64,000 nucleotides of DNA. Source: an uncultured Alphaproteobacteria bacterium (GTDB lineage: Bacteria; Pseudomonadota; Alphaproteobacteria; HIMB59; GCA-002718135). Below, one piece after another: positions 62,426 through 64,000 of this stretch; position 1 is the stretch's first letter, and every line of letters starts with the position of its first letter. A program made the translations under genes and the position numbers. The stretch is from assembly GCA_902539825.1 (NCBI GenBank), contig CACBMH010000002.1:8423-72422 (forward strand). Reading direction: 5' to 3'. The notes under the pieces are model-generated. The model was not told the DNA's origin. It saw only the letters and a program-made list of their open reading frames with translations, and made no database searches.

Positions 62426-63349
62426 GTGAAAATTCTTGTTATTTCGTCAAATCTTATTGGAGATACAATTCTATCAACTGGAGTAATAAATTATTTTAGT
62501 AAAAAATATCCAGAAACTAAATTTACATTTGTAATTGGTCCATCTGCTAAATCAATTTTCAAAAACTTTAAATCTGTAGAAACCATAATCACTGTTTCAA
62601 AAAAAAGATACAATATGCATTGGTTAGATATAATTTCTAATTGTTATGGAAAGAAGTGGGATATAATTATTGATTTTAGAAGTTCGTTGTTATCATATTT
62701 TTTAAAACATAAGAAAAAATTTATTTTTAAAAAAAAATCTAATCTAAACCATATACAGCAATTATCTAATTACTTTAAATTTGATTGTTCAGATTTGTTT
62801 ATTGAGACAAATACAGAAGAAGAAGAAATAGTTACAAAACATTTGTCTGATGATTTTAAATATTTTGTTATATTTCCAGGTGGAAATTGGAAACCAAAAA
62901 TTTGGAGTATTAAAAATTATAATTCACTATTAATCAAAATTTTATCTCAAAATAAAAATATTAAATTTATTTTAGTTGGTTCAAAGTCAGAAGAAGAAAA
63001 TTATTTAAATGAAATAACAAAAAATATTAATAGTAATAAGATAATTAATTTATTTGGTTCATCATTGACTCAAACTGCTGCTTATATGAAGAAATCAAAA
63101 TTATTTATTGGAAATGATTCAGGATTATCACATATGGCTTCAGCTACAAAATTAAAGTCTATAGTATTATTTGGCCCAACAAATGATGTAATTTACGGTC
63201 CATTTATGCAAGATTCACAAGTTATAAGAACAAATGAAAGCTATGACTATTTTAAAAGTATAAATATTGATAAAACAAAGTCCTATATGGACTCTATAAG
63301 CGTAGAAAAGATTTATTTTACATTACAAAAAAATAATTATTGTGAATAA
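62426..63349 (+). CDS. glycosyltransferase family 9 (heptosyltransferase-like; GTG start)
   Basis: GDTILSTG, FPGGNW, GNDSGLSHMASA motifs. Confidence 0.7.
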   Translation: MKILVISSNLIGDTILSTGVINYFSKKYPETKFTFVIGPSAKSIFKNFKSVETIITVSKKRYNMHWLDIISNCYGKKWDIIIDFRSSLLSYFLKHKKKFIFKKKSNLNHIQQLSNYFKFDCSDLFIETNTEEEEIVTKHLSDDFKYFVIFPGGNWKPKIWSIKNYNSLLIKILSQNKNIKFILVGSKSEEENYLNEITKNINSNKIINLFGSSLTQTAAYMKKSKLFIGNDSGLSHMASATKLKSIVLFGPTNDVIYGPFMQDSQVIRTNESYDYFKSINIDKTKSYMDSISVEKIYFTLQKNNYCE

Positions 63350-64000
63350 AAATATTGAAATAATTCAGCCTGATGATTGGCATGTGCATTTTAGAGAAGG
63401 CGACATGTTAAAAATGGTTACTAATTTCTCCTCAAGAATAAATAAAAGATGTGTGGCAATGCCAAATACAGAAATTCCCATAACAGATACTAATAAAGCC
63501 TCTGCTTATAAAAAGCTTTTAAATAAAGCATCTAGTAATAATTTTGAACCACTTATACCTTGTTATTTGAATGAAAATTTAGATTTGGAAGATTTTAGAA
63601 AAGGTATGCAAAATAAAGTTTTCTTTGGGTCTAAGCTTTATCCTTCAAATGCAACTACAAACTCAAGTAATGGAGTGAGTGACATTTCAAAAATCTTTAA
63701 ATTTTTAGAGATACTAGAAGAAGAAAAAAGTCCATTACTAATACACGGTGAAAAAGTAGCCGAAGATATAGATATTTTTGATAGAGAAAAATATTTTATA
63801 GATGATGAATTAAGCATTATTAGAAAAAAATTTCCCCTTTTAAAAATCACACTTGAACATGTATCAACTTCATATGGAGTTAATTATGTGAAAGAAAACA
63901 AAAATATTGCAGGAACAATTACACCTCACCACATGCTTTTAACAAAAAAAGATGTATTTCATGATGATTCTATTAATCCTCACCATTTTTGTATGCCAGT
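63342..64000 (+). CDS. pyrC: dihydroorotase, class II, N-terminal part (3' end outside window)
   Basis: own translation: IIQPDDWHVHFREGDML, KLYPSNATTNSSNGV, DIDIFDRE, TITPHHM follow E. coli PyrC; frame is open to the window edge; GTG at 63342 is a tentative start. Confidence 0.85.
   Translation, partial: MNKNIEIIQPDDWHVHFREGDMLKMVTNFSSRINKRCVAMPNTEIPITDTNKASAYKKLLNKASSNNFEPLIPCYLNENLDLEDFRKGMQNKVFFGSKLYPSNATTNSSNGVSDISKIFKFLEILEEEKSPLLIHGEKVAEDIDIFDREKYFIDDELSIIRKKFPLLKITLEHVSTSYGVNYVKENKNIAGTITPHHMLLTKKDVFHDDSINPHHFCMP

Overview
The window is a very AT-rich, tightly packed bacterial chromosome segment. Genes often overlap by 1-11 nt, and gene order and protein sequences look like a streamlined marine alphaproteobacterium of the SAR11/Pelagibacterales type (inference; no database search was possible). 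Most of it is core genome:
- a complete dcw cell-wall/division cluster, murE (5'-truncated by the window edge) to ftsZ, then lpxC (3-14449);
- fumC, gpmA, sspB, cytochrome b561 and a rhodanese (14.4-17.9 kb);
- folA-thyA, mrp, hflKC, degP and miaA (21.5-28.5 kb);
- ilvBHC-leuA (28.5-33.4 kb);
- mreBCD-mrdA-rodA (33.4-38.7 kb);
- a LIV-type ABC transporter with a convergent binding protein (38.7-43.8 kb);
- gpsA and a deoC / two-domain ALDH / rbsD-fucU-like / ribokinase-like cluster (43.9-49.6 kb);
- sbcB, uppP, a DapA-family lyase, fxsA, sbmA/bacA-like, lysR, rpe, a cupin, ispB, sppA, an alpha2-type glycyl-tRNA synthetase, an MFS transporter, ygfZ, a GT9 glycosyltransferase and the 5' part of pyrC.

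The only clearly accessory stretch is about 17.9-21.5 kb. A circularly permuted (two-piece) tmRNA gene sits on the minus strand at about 21208-21453. The last 23-24 nt of that gene are repeated twice more downstream of it. The three copies delimit two small units of 1.85 kb and 1.33 kb. The units carry unrelated hypothetical genes but share conserved attP-like arms containing GACGCGT-N4-GNCGCGT motifs. No integrase is present anywhere in the window. I read this as a tandem array of integrase-less, cassette-like elements docked at ssrA, and it is the top finding.

gpmA and leuA are each broken by a +1 frameshift in an A8 homopolymer, where A7 would restore the frame. No rRNA, tRNA, CRISPR array or IS element was seen.
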